A stretch of DNA of 64,000 bases. It comes from Rhodobacterales bacterium. GTDB lineage: Bacteria > Pseudomonadota > Alphaproteobacteria > Rhodobacterales > CAZPXZ01. This document shows, piece after piece, positions 10,290-20,379 of this stretch. Within the stretch, counting starts at the first letter, position 1; each line of letters begins with the position of its first letter. A program made the translations under genes and the position numbers. The stretch covers positions 1,937,170-2,001,169 of the forward strand of contig CBDCKB010000004.1 of NCBI GenBank assembly GCA_965217995.1, given 5' to 3'. The notes under the pieces are model-generated. The model was given only the letters and a program-made list of their open reading frames with translations, did no database searches and was not told the DNA's origin.

Positions 10290-10500
10290 TGGCCGGGAAC
10301 CTGCAGCTCCGGATGCCCTTCACGACCCGCCCCGATTCGGACAGGCCCCAGAACCGGGCGGTCGGATCCGGCCCCGACCGGACCCGGCCGATGCGGCATG
10401 AGCCCGTCCATCCTGCCTGCCGGGGAGCTCCCTCAATCCTCCCGGGCCGGATTCCGGAAGACCCCGCAATTTCACATCCGGGTCGTACAGCCCCCCGGAC
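10290..10500 (-). mobile_element. Heavily decayed IS481-derived miniature element
   Basis: Patches at 10318-10340, 10385-10399 and 10438-10492 match, in order, the reverse complement of the 17989-18283 / 19385-19669 elements. Confidence 0.4.
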
Positions 10501-10643
10501 GGCCGTCCCCCCTGGGATAACGCCCGACGGGCAGCGGCGGGCCCCATCCACCCGATCCACCATCCGGCCCGCCCCCTCCACGGCGCGCGGCCCGGACGGC
10601 CCTCCTTCCCCGGTCGGCCGCGGGGCTCCCTCCGGATCCGGCA

Positions 10644-12083
10644 TCATTGCAGCAGGGATTCCGCGGCCACCCCCGCCGCGCCGAGCAGACCAAAACCGTC
10701 CAGAAAGGGCAGCCAGCCGAGCGACATCACCAGCGCCGCGGCAAACAGGACAACGCGGTGCTCGATCCGCATGCTCTCATCCAGCGGGTCGCCGGGCGGA
10801 TCGACATACATCACCTTGACAATCCGCAGGTAGTAGAAGGCCGAGATCACGCTGGCGACCGCGCCGGCCACCGCCAGCGGGGCCAGCCCCGCATCCACCG
10901 CCGCGCGGAACACAAGGAACTTGGCGAAAAACCCGACCAGCGGCGGCACCCCGGCCAGCGAAAACATCAAGGCCGCCAGACCGAGGGCCGCGGCCGGCTG
11001 GGTCCGGGACAGCCCGGACAGGTCGGCCACCCGCAATTTGGTCACCCCGTCCCGCGTCATCGAGACGATGAACGCGAACACGCCGAGATTCATGACCACA
11101 TAGATCACCAGATAGGCGAGCAGGCTCTCCACCCCCTCCCGGGTGCCCGCCGCCAGCCCGACCAGCGCATAGCCCATATGCCCGATCGACGAATAGGCCA
11201 TCAGACGCTTGAGATTGACCTGGCCGATCGCGGCCACCGCCCCCACAAACATCGAGGCCACGGCCAGGAAGACCAGGATCTGCCGCCACTCCCCCACCGC
11301 CTCGGCGAAGGGCGCATGCAGCAGGCGCGCGAACAGCACCGCGGCCGCCGCCTTGGGGGCCGCGGCAAAAAACGCGGTGACCGGACTCGGCGCCCCCTCA
11401 TAGACATCCGGCGTCCACATATGGAACGGCACCGCCGAAATCTTGAACGCGAGGCCGGCCACCAGAAACGCCAGCCCGGTCAGCAGCCCGGGCGAAATCC
11501 CCCCGACCGCGACGGCCGCGGCGATGGCCTCGAATCCGGTGGCCCCCGCATAGCCATAGACCAGACTCGCCCCATAGAGCAGCAACCCCGAGCTCAGGGC
11601 CCCGAGAACAAAATATTTGAGCCCGGCCTCGGTCGAACGCAGCGCGTCCCGCCGGAAGGAGGCCAGCACATAGAGCGCCAGCGACTGCAGTTCCAGTCCC
11701 ATGTAGAGCGCGATCAGGTCGCCCGCCGAGACCATCACCGACATGCCGAGGGCCGCGAACACGAACAGCACCGGGTATTCGGCCTTCAGAAGCCCGTTGC
11801 GCCGGAGATAGTCATGCGAGATCGCCAGGGCGGCCGCCGAGGACAGCAGCACCAGCACCTTGGCAAAGACCGCAAAGCGGTCGAAGACCAGAGCCCCCCC
11901 GAAGGCCACGCGCGACTCGCCGCTGCCCACCACCACCATGACAGCCGCCAGCACGAGCAGGAACACCGCCCCCCGAAGGGCCTGCGAGGCCCCCGCCGCC
12001 CCCTCCCGGAAGGCCCCGAACAGCAGCAGCAGCATGCCCCCGCCGGCGAGAAGAAGTTCCGGAAAGGCGGACTCGAAACCCAT
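10644..12083 (-). CDS. nuoN: NADH-quinone oxidoreductase subunit N
   Basis: STEAGLKYFVLGALSSG and FKISAVPFHMWTPDVYEGAP motifs; start reassigned to ATG 12083 (MGFESAFPE). Confidence 0.96.
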   Translation of the reverse strand: MGFESAFPELLLAGGGMLLLLFGAFREGAAGASQALRGAVFLLVLAAVMVVVGSGESRVAFGGALVFDRFAVFAKVLVLLSSAAALAISHDYLRRNGLLKAEYPVLFVFAALGMSVMVSAGDLIALYMGLELQSLALYVLASFRRDALRSTEAGLKYFVLGALSSGLLLYGASLVYGYAGATGFEAIAAAVAVGGISPGLLTGLAFLVAGLAFKISAVPFHMWTPDVYEGAPSPVTAFFAAAPKAAAAVLFARLLHAPFAEAVGEWRQILVFLAVASMFVGAVAAIGQVNLKRLMAYSSIGHMGYALVGLAAGTREGVESLLAYLVIYVVMNLGVFAFIVSMTRDGVTKLRVADLSGLSRTQPAAALGLAALMFSLAGVPPLVGFFAKFLVFRAAVDAGLAPLAVAGAVASVISAFYYLRIVKVMYVDPPGDPLDESMRIEHRVVLFAAALVMSLGWLPFLDGFGLLGAAGVAAESLLQ

Positions 12084-12094
12084 CCCCGATCCCC

Positions 12095-13588
12095 CTACCG
12101 CACGCCGGCGAGAAGCGCCGTCACCGAAGCCTCCCAGAGATCCGAGGCCAGCCACGGGAACACCCCGAGCACCAGGGCCGTGACCGCCAGCGGGGCGAGC
12201 ACGACACGCTCGCGCAGATCCATATCCGTGATCTCCAGCAGATGGGCCTTCTCAAGTTCCCCCAGGGCCACGCGCCGGTAGAGCCAGAGCCCGTAGGCGG
12301 CGGAAAGAATCACGCCCAGCGCCGCGCAGCCCGCGACCACCGGCGAGACCTGGAAACTGCCGACCAGGGTCAGGAACTCGCCCACAAACCCGGAGGTGCC
12401 GGGCAGGCCGATATTGCCCAGCGTAAAGAGCAGGAACACGGCCGCGAACACCGGCATGCGGTGGACCAGCCCCCCGAACGCCGCGATCTCACGCGTGTGG
12501 GTTCGGTCGTAGAGCACCCCGACCAGCAGGAACAGCGCCGCCGAAATGACCCCATGGCTGATCATCTGGAACACCGCCCCGTCCACCCCCTGGCGGTTGG
12601 CGGAAAAGATCCCGATCGTGACAAATCCCATATGCGCGACCGACGAATAGGCGATCAGCTTCTTCACATCCTCCTGCATCAGCGCCACCAGCGACGTGTA
12701 GAGGACCGCGACCACGCCCAGGAACAGCATCATCGGAGCCAGCAATTCCGAGGCCACCGGAAACATCGGCAGGGAGAACCGCAGAAAGCCGTAGCCGCCC
12801 ATCTTCAGCAGCACCGCCGCCAGCACCACCGAACCCGCGGTCGGCGCCTCGACATGGGCGTCCGGCAGCCAGGTATGGAACGGCCACATCGGCAGCTTGA
12901 CCGCGAAGGAGGCAAAAAACGCCAGCCAGAGCAGGGTCTGCAGGCCGCCGGCAACGGGCCAGCCCAGAATCTCGATCGGGGCATGGGGGAAACCGTGCCG
13001 GAGAAGGGCGGTGATGTCGGTGGTGCCGGCCTCGTGGAACATGGCGATCATCGCAATCAGCATCAGCAGCGACCCGAGCAGGGTGTAGAGAAAGAACTTG
13101 AAGGCCGCATAGACCCGCCGGCGCCCGCCCCAGATGCCGATGATCAGGAACATCGGAATCAGCCCGCCCTCGAAGAACAGGTAGAACAGCACCAGATCGA
13201 GGGAGGCAAACACCCCGATCATCAGGGTCTCGAGGGCCAGAAAGGCCGCGAAATACGCCTTCACCCGATCCTCGACGCGCCAGCTGGCCAGCACCACCAG
13301 CGGCATCAGGGCCGTGGTCAGCAGCACGAAAGGCAGCGAGATCCCGTCGACCCCGAGCTTGTAGTGGAAGATCCCGAGCCAGGCGCGATGCTCCACGAAC
13401 TGGAAGTCGGGCGTGGCGGGATCGAACCCCCACAGCAGGGCCAGCGCGAAGGCCAGCGTCGCCAGGGTGACGAACAGCGCCAGACGCCGGGCGTTCAGCC
13501 GCTCGGCCTCGCTGTCCCCCCGGATCAGCAGCACCGCCAGCGCACCCGCCAGCGGAAAGAAGACGACGATCGAGAGCAGGCTTCCCAT
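12095..13588 (-). CDS. nuoM: NADH-quinone oxidoreductase subunit M
   Basis: [26 protein letters not shown]; start at ATG 13588 ([12 protein letters not shown]). Confidence 0.96.
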   Translation of the reverse strand: MGSLLSIVVFFPLAGALAVLLIRGDSEAERLNARRLALFVTLATLAFALALLWGFDPATPDFQFVEHRAWLGIFHYKLGVDGISLPFVLLTTALMPLVVLASWRVEDRVKAYFAAFLALETLMIGVFASLDLVLFYLFFEGGLIPMFLIIGIWGGRRRVYAAFKFFLYTLLGSLLMLIAMIAMFHEAGTTDITALLRHGFPHAPIEILGWPVAGGLQTLLWLAFFASFAVKLPMWPFHTWLPDAHVEAPTAGSVVLAAVLLKMGGYGFLRFSLPMFPVASELLAPMMLFLGVVAVLYTSLVALMQEDVKKLIAYSSVAHMGFVTIGIFSANRQGVDGAVFQMISHGVISAALFLLVGVLYDRTHTREIAAFGGLVHRMPVFAAVFLLFTLGNIGLPGTSGFVGEFLTLVGSFQVSPVVAGCAALGVILSAAYGLWLYRRVALGELEKAHLLEITDMDLRERVVLAPLAVTALVLGVFPWLASDLWEASVTALLAGVR

Positions 13589-13590
13589 CT

Positions 13591-15528
13591 CTAGCCGACC
13601 CCCGCCGTCAGCCAGGTCACCAGGGCGGCGATGCCGAGCACCATGGCGAAGGCGTAGTGATAGAGATAGCCGGACTGCAGCCGCCGGGACGCGTCGGTCA
13701 GGGCCGGCACCGCCCGCAGCACGACCGCATGCAGCAGCCCGTCGATCACGCCGCCATCCCCGCGCAGCCAGAGCTGGCGGCCGAGCCATTTGGCCGGCCG
13801 CACCAGCGCCGCCTCATACAGCTCGTCGAAATACCACTTGTTCAGCAGGAACGCGTGGAGCACCTGGTGGCGCGCCGCCAGCCGGCCCGGCAGCTGCGGG
13901 GCCCGGAGGTAGAACAGCCAGGCCACCCCCAGCCCGGCCAGCATCGCCACGCTCGGAGACGTCTTGACCCAGAACGGCACATGATGGGCCGCCTCCAGGA
14001 TGTGGTTGGCGGAACCGCGGAAGATGGAATCCCCCCAGAACCCCGCCGACCCCTCGCCGACCATCACGCCCGAAAAAACCAGCCCCGCCCCCACCGCGCC
14101 GAGCGCGAGAAGATAGAGCGGAACCAGCATCACCGACGGACTCTCATGCGCGGCCGCGGCCCGGGCCGGATCCCGCGCCGGGCCGTGGAAGACCAGAAAC
14201 AGCAGCCGCCAGCTGTAGAAGGCCGTGAGGGCCGCCGCCACCACCGTGGCCGCGAAGGCGAATTCCGCGATGCCCCCCGGAGCCGCGAAGGCCGCCTCGA
14301 CCACCATGTCCTTGGAGTGGAACCCCGCGAAACCACCCAGCCCCGGCAGGCCGAGACCGGTCAGGGACAGCGTGCCCACGACCATCAGCCAGTAGGTCCG
14401 CGGAATGCGGCGCCGCAGTCCGCCCATCCGCCGCATGTCCTGCTCGTCGGCCATGGCGTGGATCACGGAGCCCGCGCCGAGGAACAGGAGCGCCTTGAAA
14501 AAGGCGTGCGTGAACAGGTGGAAGATCGCCGCCTCATAGGCCCCGACCCCGGCCGCGACAAACATGTAGCCCAGCTGCGAGCAGGTCGAGTAGGCGATCA
14601 CCCGCTTGATGTCGTTCTGCACCAGGCCGACCGTGGCCGCGAAGAGCGCCGTCACCGCCCCCACCGCCGTGATCACCAGAAGGGTGCCGGGCGCGTATTC
14701 CAGCAACGGGGAACAGCGGACCACGAGGAACACCCCGGCCGTCACCATGGTCGCGGCATGGATCAGCGCCGAGACCGGGGTCGGCCCCTCCATCGCATCC
14801 GGCAGCCAGGTGTGGAGCAGGAATTGGGCCGACTTGCCCATGGCGCCGAAAAACAGCAGCAGCGTGATCGCGCCGAGCGCGTCGAAACGGAACCCCGCGA
14901 CCTCGATCTCCCGGCCGACCGCCGCGGACGCCTCCCCGAACACCACATCGAATTCAATGCTGCCGAAGGTCAGATACACCGCCAGGATGCCGAGCGCGAA
15001 ACCAAAATCGCCGACCCGGTTGACAATGAACGCCTTGATCGCCGCCGCGTTGGCGGACGGACGGCGGAACCAGAACCCGATCAGCAGATACGAGGCCAGG
15101 CCGACCCCCTCCCAGCCGAAGAACAGCTGCAGGAAATTGTCGCTGGTCACCAGCGCGAGCATCGCGAAGGTGAACAGCGACAGATAGGCGAAAAACCGCG
15201 GCCGGTGCGGATCCCCGTGCATGTAGCCCACCGAATAGACATGCACCAGCGCCGAGACCGTGGTCACCACGACCATCATCACAATCGTCAGCGGGTCGAT
15301 CCGCAGGGCCCATTCCGCCGTGAAATCCCCGGAGGCCACCCAGAGCGCGAGGGGAATGCGGATGCCCGGATCGCCGAAATCGCGCAGAAACCCGATCCAG
15401 GCGAGCAGCGCGGCCAGGCACAGCAGGGCCGTCGGCAGCCACTGCGCCAGACGCTCGCCGGTCAACCGCGGCAGCAGCCCGGCCAGGACCGCGCCGAGGA
15501 GCGGCAGGAACACGATGGCGGCATACAC
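13591..15528 (-). CDS. nuoL: NADH-quinone oxidoreductase subunit L
   Basis: [35 protein letters not shown]. Confidence 0.97.
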   Translation of the reverse strand: MYAAIVFLPLLGAVLAGLLPRLTGERLAQWLPTALLCLAALLAWIGFLRDFGDPGIRIPLALWVASGDFTAEWALRIDPLTIVMMVVVTTVSALVHVYSVGYMHGDPHRPRFFAYLSLFTFAMLALVTSDNFLQLFFGWEGVGLASYLLIGFWFRRPSANAAAIKAFIVNRVGDFGFALGILAVYLTFGSIEFDVVFGEASAAVGREIEVAGFRFDALGAITLLLFFGAMGKSAQFLLHTWLPDAMEGPTPVSALIHAATMVTAGVFLVVRCSPLLEYAPGTLLVITAVGAVTALFAATVGLVQNDIKRVIAYSTCSQLGYMFVAAGVGAYEAAIFHLFTHAFFKALLFLGAGSVIHAMADEQDMRRMGGLRRRIPRTYWLMVVGTLSLTGLGLPGLGGFAGFHSKDMVVEAAFAAPGGIAEFAFAATVVAAALTAFYSWRLLFLVFHGPARDPARAAAAHESPSVMLVPLYLLALGAVGAGLVFSGVMVGEGSAGFWGDSIFRGSANHILEAAHHVPFWVKTSPSVAMLAGLGVAWLFYLRAPQLPGRLAARHQVLHAFLLNKWYFDELYEAALVRPAKWLGRQLWLRGDGGVIDGLLHAVVLRAVPALTDASRRLQSGYLYHYAFAMVLGIAALVTWLTAGVG

Positions 15529-15531
15529 CGG

Positions 15532-15843
15532 TCAGCCCCGCATCCGGCTGACATCCTCGACATCGACCGAGCCCCGGTTGCGGTAGAAGCAGACCAGGAT
15601 GGCCAGGCCGATGGCCGCCTCCGCGGCCGCCACCGTCAGCACGAAAACGGCGAACACCTGCCCGACCAGATTGCCGAGATGGGCCGAGAAGGCGACCAGA
15701 TTGATGTTCACCGCCAGCAGCAGGAGCTCGATCGACATCAGGATCACAATCACGTTCTTGCGGTTGAGAAAAATCCCGAACGCGCCGATCACAAACAAGG
15801 CCGCGGCCACGGTGAGGTAGTGGGAGAGACCGATCACCGGCAT
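15532..15843 (-). CDS. nuoK: NADH-quinone oxidoreductase subunit K
   Basis: [22 protein letters not shown] and [12 protein letters not shown]. Confidence 0.97.
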   Translation of the reverse strand: MPVIGLSHYLTVAAALFVIGAFGIFLNRKNVIVILMSIELLLLAVNINLVAFSAHLGNLVGQVFAVFVLTVAAAEAAIGLAILVCFYRNRGSVDVEDVSRMRG

Positions 15844-15845
15844 CG

Positions 15846-16451
15846 TCAGACCCCCGCCCCCGGCTCGACATCACGCAGCTCCACCGACTCCGCCCGGCTG
15901 CGGTGGATCTGCGTCAGCGCATCCTGCCGCCGCACCCCGACCCGCGGCCGGAGCGTGAGCACGATCGCGCCGATCATCGCCACCAGCAGGATCAGTCCGG
16001 CCAGCTGGAAGAAGAGCACATAATCGGTGTAGATCACCTGCCCGAGCGCCCGGGCGTTGGAGGTCGTGCCCACCTCGATCCCGCGCAGGGCCGAGGCCGG
16101 ACCGGCGATCTGCCCATGGGCCACAACCAGCCCGAGCTCGACCAGCAGCACCACCGCGACCAGCCCGCCGAGCGGGAAATATTCCGCCAGGGCCGGCCGC
16201 AGGGCGGCAAAATCGACATCCAGCATCATCACCACGAACAGGAACAGGACCATGACCGCGCCGACATAGACGATGACCAGCAGCATCGCGAGAAGCTCGG
16301 CCCCCAGCAGCACAAAAAGTCCGGCCGCCGAGAAGAAGGTCAGAATCAGCCAGAGCACCGAATGGACCGGGTTGCGGGCCAGCACCACCAGAAGGGCGGC
16401 GGCCACAGCGGTGCCGGCAAAGACATAGAACGCGACGGCAGCAAGCAGCAT
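15846..16451 (-). CDS. nuoJ: NADH-quinone oxidoreductase subunit J
   Basis: [11 protein letters not shown] and [17 protein letters not shown]. Confidence 0.96.
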   Translation of the reverse strand: MLLAAVAFYVFAGTAVAAALLVVLARNPVHSVLWLILTFFSAAGLFVLLGAELLAMLLVIVYVGAVMVLFLFVVMMLDVDFAALRPALAEYFPLGGLVAVVLLVELGLVVAHGQIAGPASALRGIEVGTTSNARALGQVIYTDYVLFFQLAGLILLVAMIGAIVLTLRPRVGVRRQDALTQIHRSRAESVELRDVEPGAGV

Positions 16452-16460
16452 GGCGGGGCC

Positions 16461-16952
16461 TCAGCGGGTTTCCGAATCGCGGGCGAGATTGGCGGCGATC
16501 TGCCCCTCCCAGCGATCCCCGTTGGCCAGCAGCCGCGCCTTGTCATAGAGCAGCTCCTCGCGGGTCTCGGTGGCGAATTCGAAATTCGGCCCCTCGACGA
16601 TCGCATCCACCGGACAGGCCTCCTGGCAGAAGCCGCAATAGATGCATTTGGTCATGTCGATGTCGTAGCGGGTCGTCCGCCGGCTGCCATCGGCCCGCTC
16701 CTCGGCCTCGATGGTGATCGCCTGGGCCGGACAGATCGCCTCGCAGAGCTTGCAGGCGATGCACCGCTCCTCGCCATTCGCGTAGCGGCGCAGCGCATGC
16801 TCGCCGCGGAAACGCGGCGACAGCGGGCCCTTCTCATGCGGGTAGTTGAGGGTCGCCTTGGCCCGGACGAGATAGCGCAGGCCGAGCACAAACCCGCCGA
16901 GAAAATCGTGGAGCAGCGCATAGCGCAGGGCGGAACGTACCGAAAAGGCCAT
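16461..16952 (-). CDS. nuoI: NADH-quinone oxidoreductase subunit I
   Basis: Two 4Fe-4S motifs [12 protein letters not shown] and [12 protein letters not shown]; start at ATG 16952. Confidence 0.97.
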   Translation of the reverse strand: MAFSVRSALRYALLHDFLGGFVLGLRYLVRAKATLNYPHEKGPLSPRFRGEHALRRYANGEERCIACKLCEAICPAQAITIEAEERADGSRRTTRYDIDMTKCIYCGFCQEACPVDAIVEGPNFEFATETREELLYDKARLLANGDRWEGQIAANLARDSETR

Positions 16953-16963
16953 CGTCTTCCTTT

Positions 16964-17977
16964 CTATCCCGCCGCACTGCCGGTGAAGTGGAGGAACCCC
17001 GCGGTCAGCACCACCCAGCCCAGCGACATCGGCAGAAACACCTTCCAGCCGAGCCGCATCAGCTGGTCGTAGCGGTAGCGGGGCACAATGGCCTTGACCA
17101 TCGCGAAAAGAAAGAACAGCAGCAGGATCTTGGCCACCAGCCAGAACACCCCGTCGGGCAGTCCCGCGAAGGGCGCCAGCCAGCCGCCCAGGAACAGGAT
17201 CGAGGTCATCGCGCACATCAGCACGATGTTGGCGTATTCCCCGATCATGAACAGCAGATACGGCGTCGAGCCATATTCCACCTGATACCCCGCCACGAGC
17301 TCGGATTCTGCCTCCGGCAGGTCGAAGGGAGGCCGGTTGGTCTCGGCCAGGGCGGAGATGAAGAACAGGACCAGCATCGGCAGATGGGGCAGCCAGTACC
17401 AGCCCCAGAAGCCGCCCCAGCGGTCCTGGGCGAGAACAATGTCCGAGATCCGCAGCGAGCCGGCCGTGACCAGCACCGCGACCAGGATGAAGCCGATGGA
17501 GACCTCATAGGAGATCATCTGCGCCGCCGAACGGAGTCCGCCCATGAACGGGTATTTCGAATTCGACGCCCAGCCGCCCATGATCACGCCATAGACGCCC
17601 AGCGAGGAGATCGCGAAAAGATAGAGGATCCCGACATTGAGATCGGAGATCACCCACCCCTCGGCGAACGGCACCACCGCCCAGCCGATCATCGCCAGCG
17701 CGAAGGTCGCCAGCGGCGCGAGCAGGAACACCGTGCGGTCCGCACCGGCCGGCACCACCACCTCCTTGACCACGAATTTCAGGAAATCGGCAAAACTCTG
17801 CAGCAGCCCGAAAGGCCCCACGACATTCGGCCCCCGCCGGAGCTGCACCGCCGCCCAGATCTTGCGGTCCGCATAGAGCAGAAAGGCGAGCGAAACCAGA
17901 ATCGCCACGATCACGGCCAGACACTGCACGACGATGATCGCGCCTTCGAGAATCCATGCGCTCCAAGGAACCATCAT
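16964..17977 (-). CDS. nuoH: NADH-quinone oxidoreductase subunit H
   Basis: [18 protein letters not shown] and [20 protein letters not shown]. Confidence 0.97.
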   Translation of the reverse strand: MMVPWSAWILEGAIIVVQCLAVIVAILVSLAFLLYADRKIWAAVQLRRGPNVVGPFGLLQSFADFLKFVVKEVVVPAGADRTVFLLAPLATFALAMIGWAVVPFAEGWVISDLNVGILYLFAISSLGVYGVIMGGWASNSKYPFMGGLRSAAQMISYEVSIGFILVAVLVTAGSLRISDIVLAQDRWGGFWGWYWLPHLPMLVLFFISALAETNRPPFDLPEAESELVAGYQVEYGSTPYLLFMIGEYANIVLMCAMTSILFLGGWLAPFAGLPDGVFWLVAKILLLFFLFAMVKAIVPRYRYDQLMRLGWKVFLPMSLGWVVLTAGFLHFTGSAAG

Positions 17978-17988
17978 CCGCCCCTAGG

Positions 17989-18283
17989 TGGACCTGTCAG
18001 CAGGCTGTCCATTCGGCCCTGACTGGAGAGGCTGGTGTTTCGGAACAACTCAGCTCCCGGGAGGGTCGAAGGAACGCCCGCCAGAATGCACGATTGACGC
18101 CGCATAGTCGAGTCGTGCGGGTATGCCGCGTGTCGGCCGCCTGTCCGACCTCCTCGCAACGATACGACCCGCTTCCAGCCGGGGGGCATCGCTGCAATTG
18201 GCACCGACCTCACCGCCGTCTCAAAAAGCAGGCACCCATCAGCCGATTGGGGTGGGACGGGGACAACCTGCCGAACTTCCACA
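17989..18283 (+). mobile_element. IS481-family MITE (internally deleted transposase between left and right ends)
   Basis: One frame reads RNARQNARLTPHSR (IS481 N-terminus type MNxHKNARLTP, ATG now AGG at 18070) joined to HRCNWHRPHRRLKKQAPISRLGWDGDNLPNFH (IS481 C-terminus type YNWHRPH...PISRL...NLL.LH); ends GGACAACCTGCCGAACTTCCACA. Confidence 0.82.
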
Positions 18284-18349
18284 TCCAGGGGCAACCCCCG
18301 CCTCCGGGAGATAAATGGCCCTTGGCGCCAATTTATTTTGCGCTCGGTT

Positions 18350-18709
18350 TCAAGGGGTTGGCGGAAGGGCGGGCACGGCGAGACGGGGGGCGCGGAGGTT
18401 CGCTTCCAGCCTGTCGATCCGGCTCTGGACGGATTCCTGTTCTCCGGGGCTGGCCGCCTTTGCAACCCGACGTTGCTCTTCGATTTCTTGCTGGCGCCGT
18501 TCAACCCCCCACCCTTTCGGCCAGCGCACCGATCCATCCCGCTTGAAGACAATGGCAACATCGGGACAGCTCATTCTTTCGAAGACCGGAGTCGGGGTTG
18601 GTTTCTTTCGATCCGTCCCGGCTTGATCGGCTTTGATCACAATTCGGTGGGACACTTTAATCTCTCCAGGATGGTCATATGCCCCAAGATGGCCATATGA
18701 ATGATTCAC
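18350..18709 (-). CDS. Hypothetical protein (orphan cargo of the insertion; start uncertain, possibly 18574)
   Basis: 119 aa ORF with a helical charged C-half (RRQQEIEEQRRVAKA...IDRLEANL); GTG start overlaps the upstream TGA. Confidence 0.35.
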   Translation of the reverse strand: MNHSYGHLGAYDHPGEIKVSHRIVIKADQAGTDRKKPTPTPVFERMSCPDVAIVFKRDGSVRWPKGWGVERRQQEIEEQRRVAKAASPGEQESVQSRIDRLEANLRAPRLAVPALPPTP

Positions 18710-18834
18710 CGAACCTTGCCCTTCGGTTCTCCATAGAGATTTACCAGGAATTCTGGTGAATTAAATCCCCCGACGCAACCTATCCGGGGGCAAGCAGGAT
18801 GCCGTGTTCGGCCTTGTTGTATGTGGCCTGCATG

Positions 18835-18897
18835 TTTCAACTCCGGCATTGATGAGATTCTTTTTGCCCTGAGTGTGTCGAAAGTGACGGTGGTCAC
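18835..18897 (-). pseudogene. Truncated, frameshifted third DUF1640-like copy
   Basis: GTGACCACCGTCACTTTCGACACACTCAGGGCAAAAAGAATCTCATCAATGCCGGAGTTGAA aligns to the 5' end of the 20068 gene with a 1 nt deletion. Confidence 0.7.
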
Positions 18898-18998
18898 AAT
18901 TGAACTTCCACATTTAGGCACCCACTGTGCCATTCGTCTATCAATCATGAATACGCCGGTGGCGGTGCCTGCGCCTGGATGATTGCTTGACTCTAATT

Positions 18999-19313
18999 TC
19001 AAAGGAATATGACTGCGACAATCATGACGCCCGTAGCTGCCAATAATCCATACATCATGTGGACGTTCTGGTTGGCGATTTCTACTTTCCGGTTGGCGAA
19101 GCCCGTTTTCAGCTCGGTTTTCAGGTCAACAATGTCCGTTTTCAGCTCGGCTCTCAGCTCGGCTCTCAGCTCGGCGATGTCTTCCTTTGTCGCAACGTTT
19201 TCCGGGACGCTTTTGCTTGCCAGACCGACAAAAGCTATGGCATGCCTGTCCTCAACGCCGACATCGGTAAGAGCCTGCTTTTCCTGAAGCGTGTCAAAAG
19301 CGAAGATGGCCAT
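18999..19313 (-). CDS. DUF1640/CCDC90-like membrane-anchored coiled-coil protein, copy 1 (104 aa)
   Basis: MAIFAFDTL head, VATKEDI neck, heptad stalk, C-terminal hydrophobic anchor; GGAGG 8 nt before the ATG. Confidence 0.8.
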   Translation of the reverse strand: MAIFAFDTLQEKQALTDVGVEDRHAIAFVGLASKSVPENVATKEDIAELRAELRAELKTDIVDLKTELKTGFANRKVEIANQNVHMMYGLLAATGVMIVAVIFL

Positions 19314-19384
19314 AATCGATTCCTCCGGCGGTTGTGAATTGAGTAACTGCTGGGACCTATCTTCACCTCGCTCCAGCAAAATTG

Positions 19385-19669
19385 CAACTACCTGTTTCGG
19401 GAGCGGCCCTCGGCCCTGCCCGGCACAGGCATGCTTCCGGAGTGTGGGGCACCGGTTTGCAAAGGTCGGCCGTCACGGGCCGGAAAAGCACCGGGGATTC
19501 AGCAATTTCTGGAACCGGGCGGCACGCGCATCGGTATGAACTGCAGCGTCTGCCGGGTCGGGCTCCCCTCTCCGGTTCGGCAGCTGACATCGACCTCATA
19601 GCAACATCAAAGGCACGGCACCTATCAACCGATCGGGGCGGGACGGGAACAACCTGTTGAACTTCCACA
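19385..19669 (+). mobile_element. Decayed IS481-derived MITE between the two DUF1640-like genes
   Basis: Right end ACAACCTGTTGAACTTCCACA at 19649-19669; 19575-19669 is homologous to 18190-18283; 19390-19441 resembles the left end (tcggccctg.c.gg...aggc..tg.tt.cgga). Confidence 0.65.
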
Positions 19670-19750
19670 TTTAGGCACCCACTGTGCCATTCGTATATCA
19701 ATCACGGATGCACCGGTGGCGGTGCCCCGCGCCTGGATGATTGCTTGACT

Positions 19751-20068
19751 CTAATTTCCTAGGAATTTGAATACGGCAATCATGACGCCCATAGCGGCAA
19801 TTATGATGCCCGTAGCTGCCAATAATCCAAGCGTCATGTGGACTTTCAGGTTGGCGATTCCCACTTTCAGGTCGGCCATGTCCCCTTTCAGATCCAATTT
19901 CAGGTTGACGTGATCCACTTTCAGGTCGGCGATGTCTTCCTTTGTCGCAACGTTTTCCGAGACGCTTTTGTGTGCCACATCGACAACCGCTATGGCTGGC
20001 TTGTCCTCAAAGCCAGCATCGGTGAGAATCCGCTTTGCCCCAAGCGTGTCGAAAGTGATGGTGGCCAT
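19751..20068 (-). CDS. DUF1640/CCDC90-like membrane-anchored coiled-coil protein, copy 2 (105 aa)
   Basis: MATITFDTLGAKRILTDAGF head, VATKEDI neck, coiled coil, TM tail; same RBS as copy 1; tandem unit ~756 bp. Confidence 0.8.
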   Translation of the reverse strand: MATITFDTLGAKRILTDAGFEDKPAIAVVDVAHKSVSENVATKEDIADLKVDHVNLKLDLKGDMADLKVGIANLKVHMTLGLLAATGIIIAAMGVMIAVFKFLGN

Positions 20069-20379
20069 AATCGATTCCTCCGGCGGTTGCGAATCGAGTA
20101 ACTGCTGGGATCTATCTTCGCATCGCTCCCGTAAAATTGCAACCACCTGTTCCGGAATCGGTCATCGGGGGCCTGCCCTGCACAGGCATGTCTCCGGAGT
20201 GTGGGGCCAGAACCGGTTTGCGAAAATCGGCCGTCACGGGCCGGGAAAACACCGAGGATTCAGCAATTCCTGGAACCGGGCGGCAAGCGCACAGATGTGA
20301 ACTGCAGCCGGGCTGTGTTGCTTCAAAACATCCGCATCTCCAGTCAGGGCCGAATGGACAACCTGGCTGCAGCCCCCCC

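Noticed and set aside
17956-18561. 196-aa (+) and 195-aa (-) ORFs as real genes
   Set aside because: The + ORF reads through the decayed IS481 remnant (true start lost); the - ORF is its antisense.
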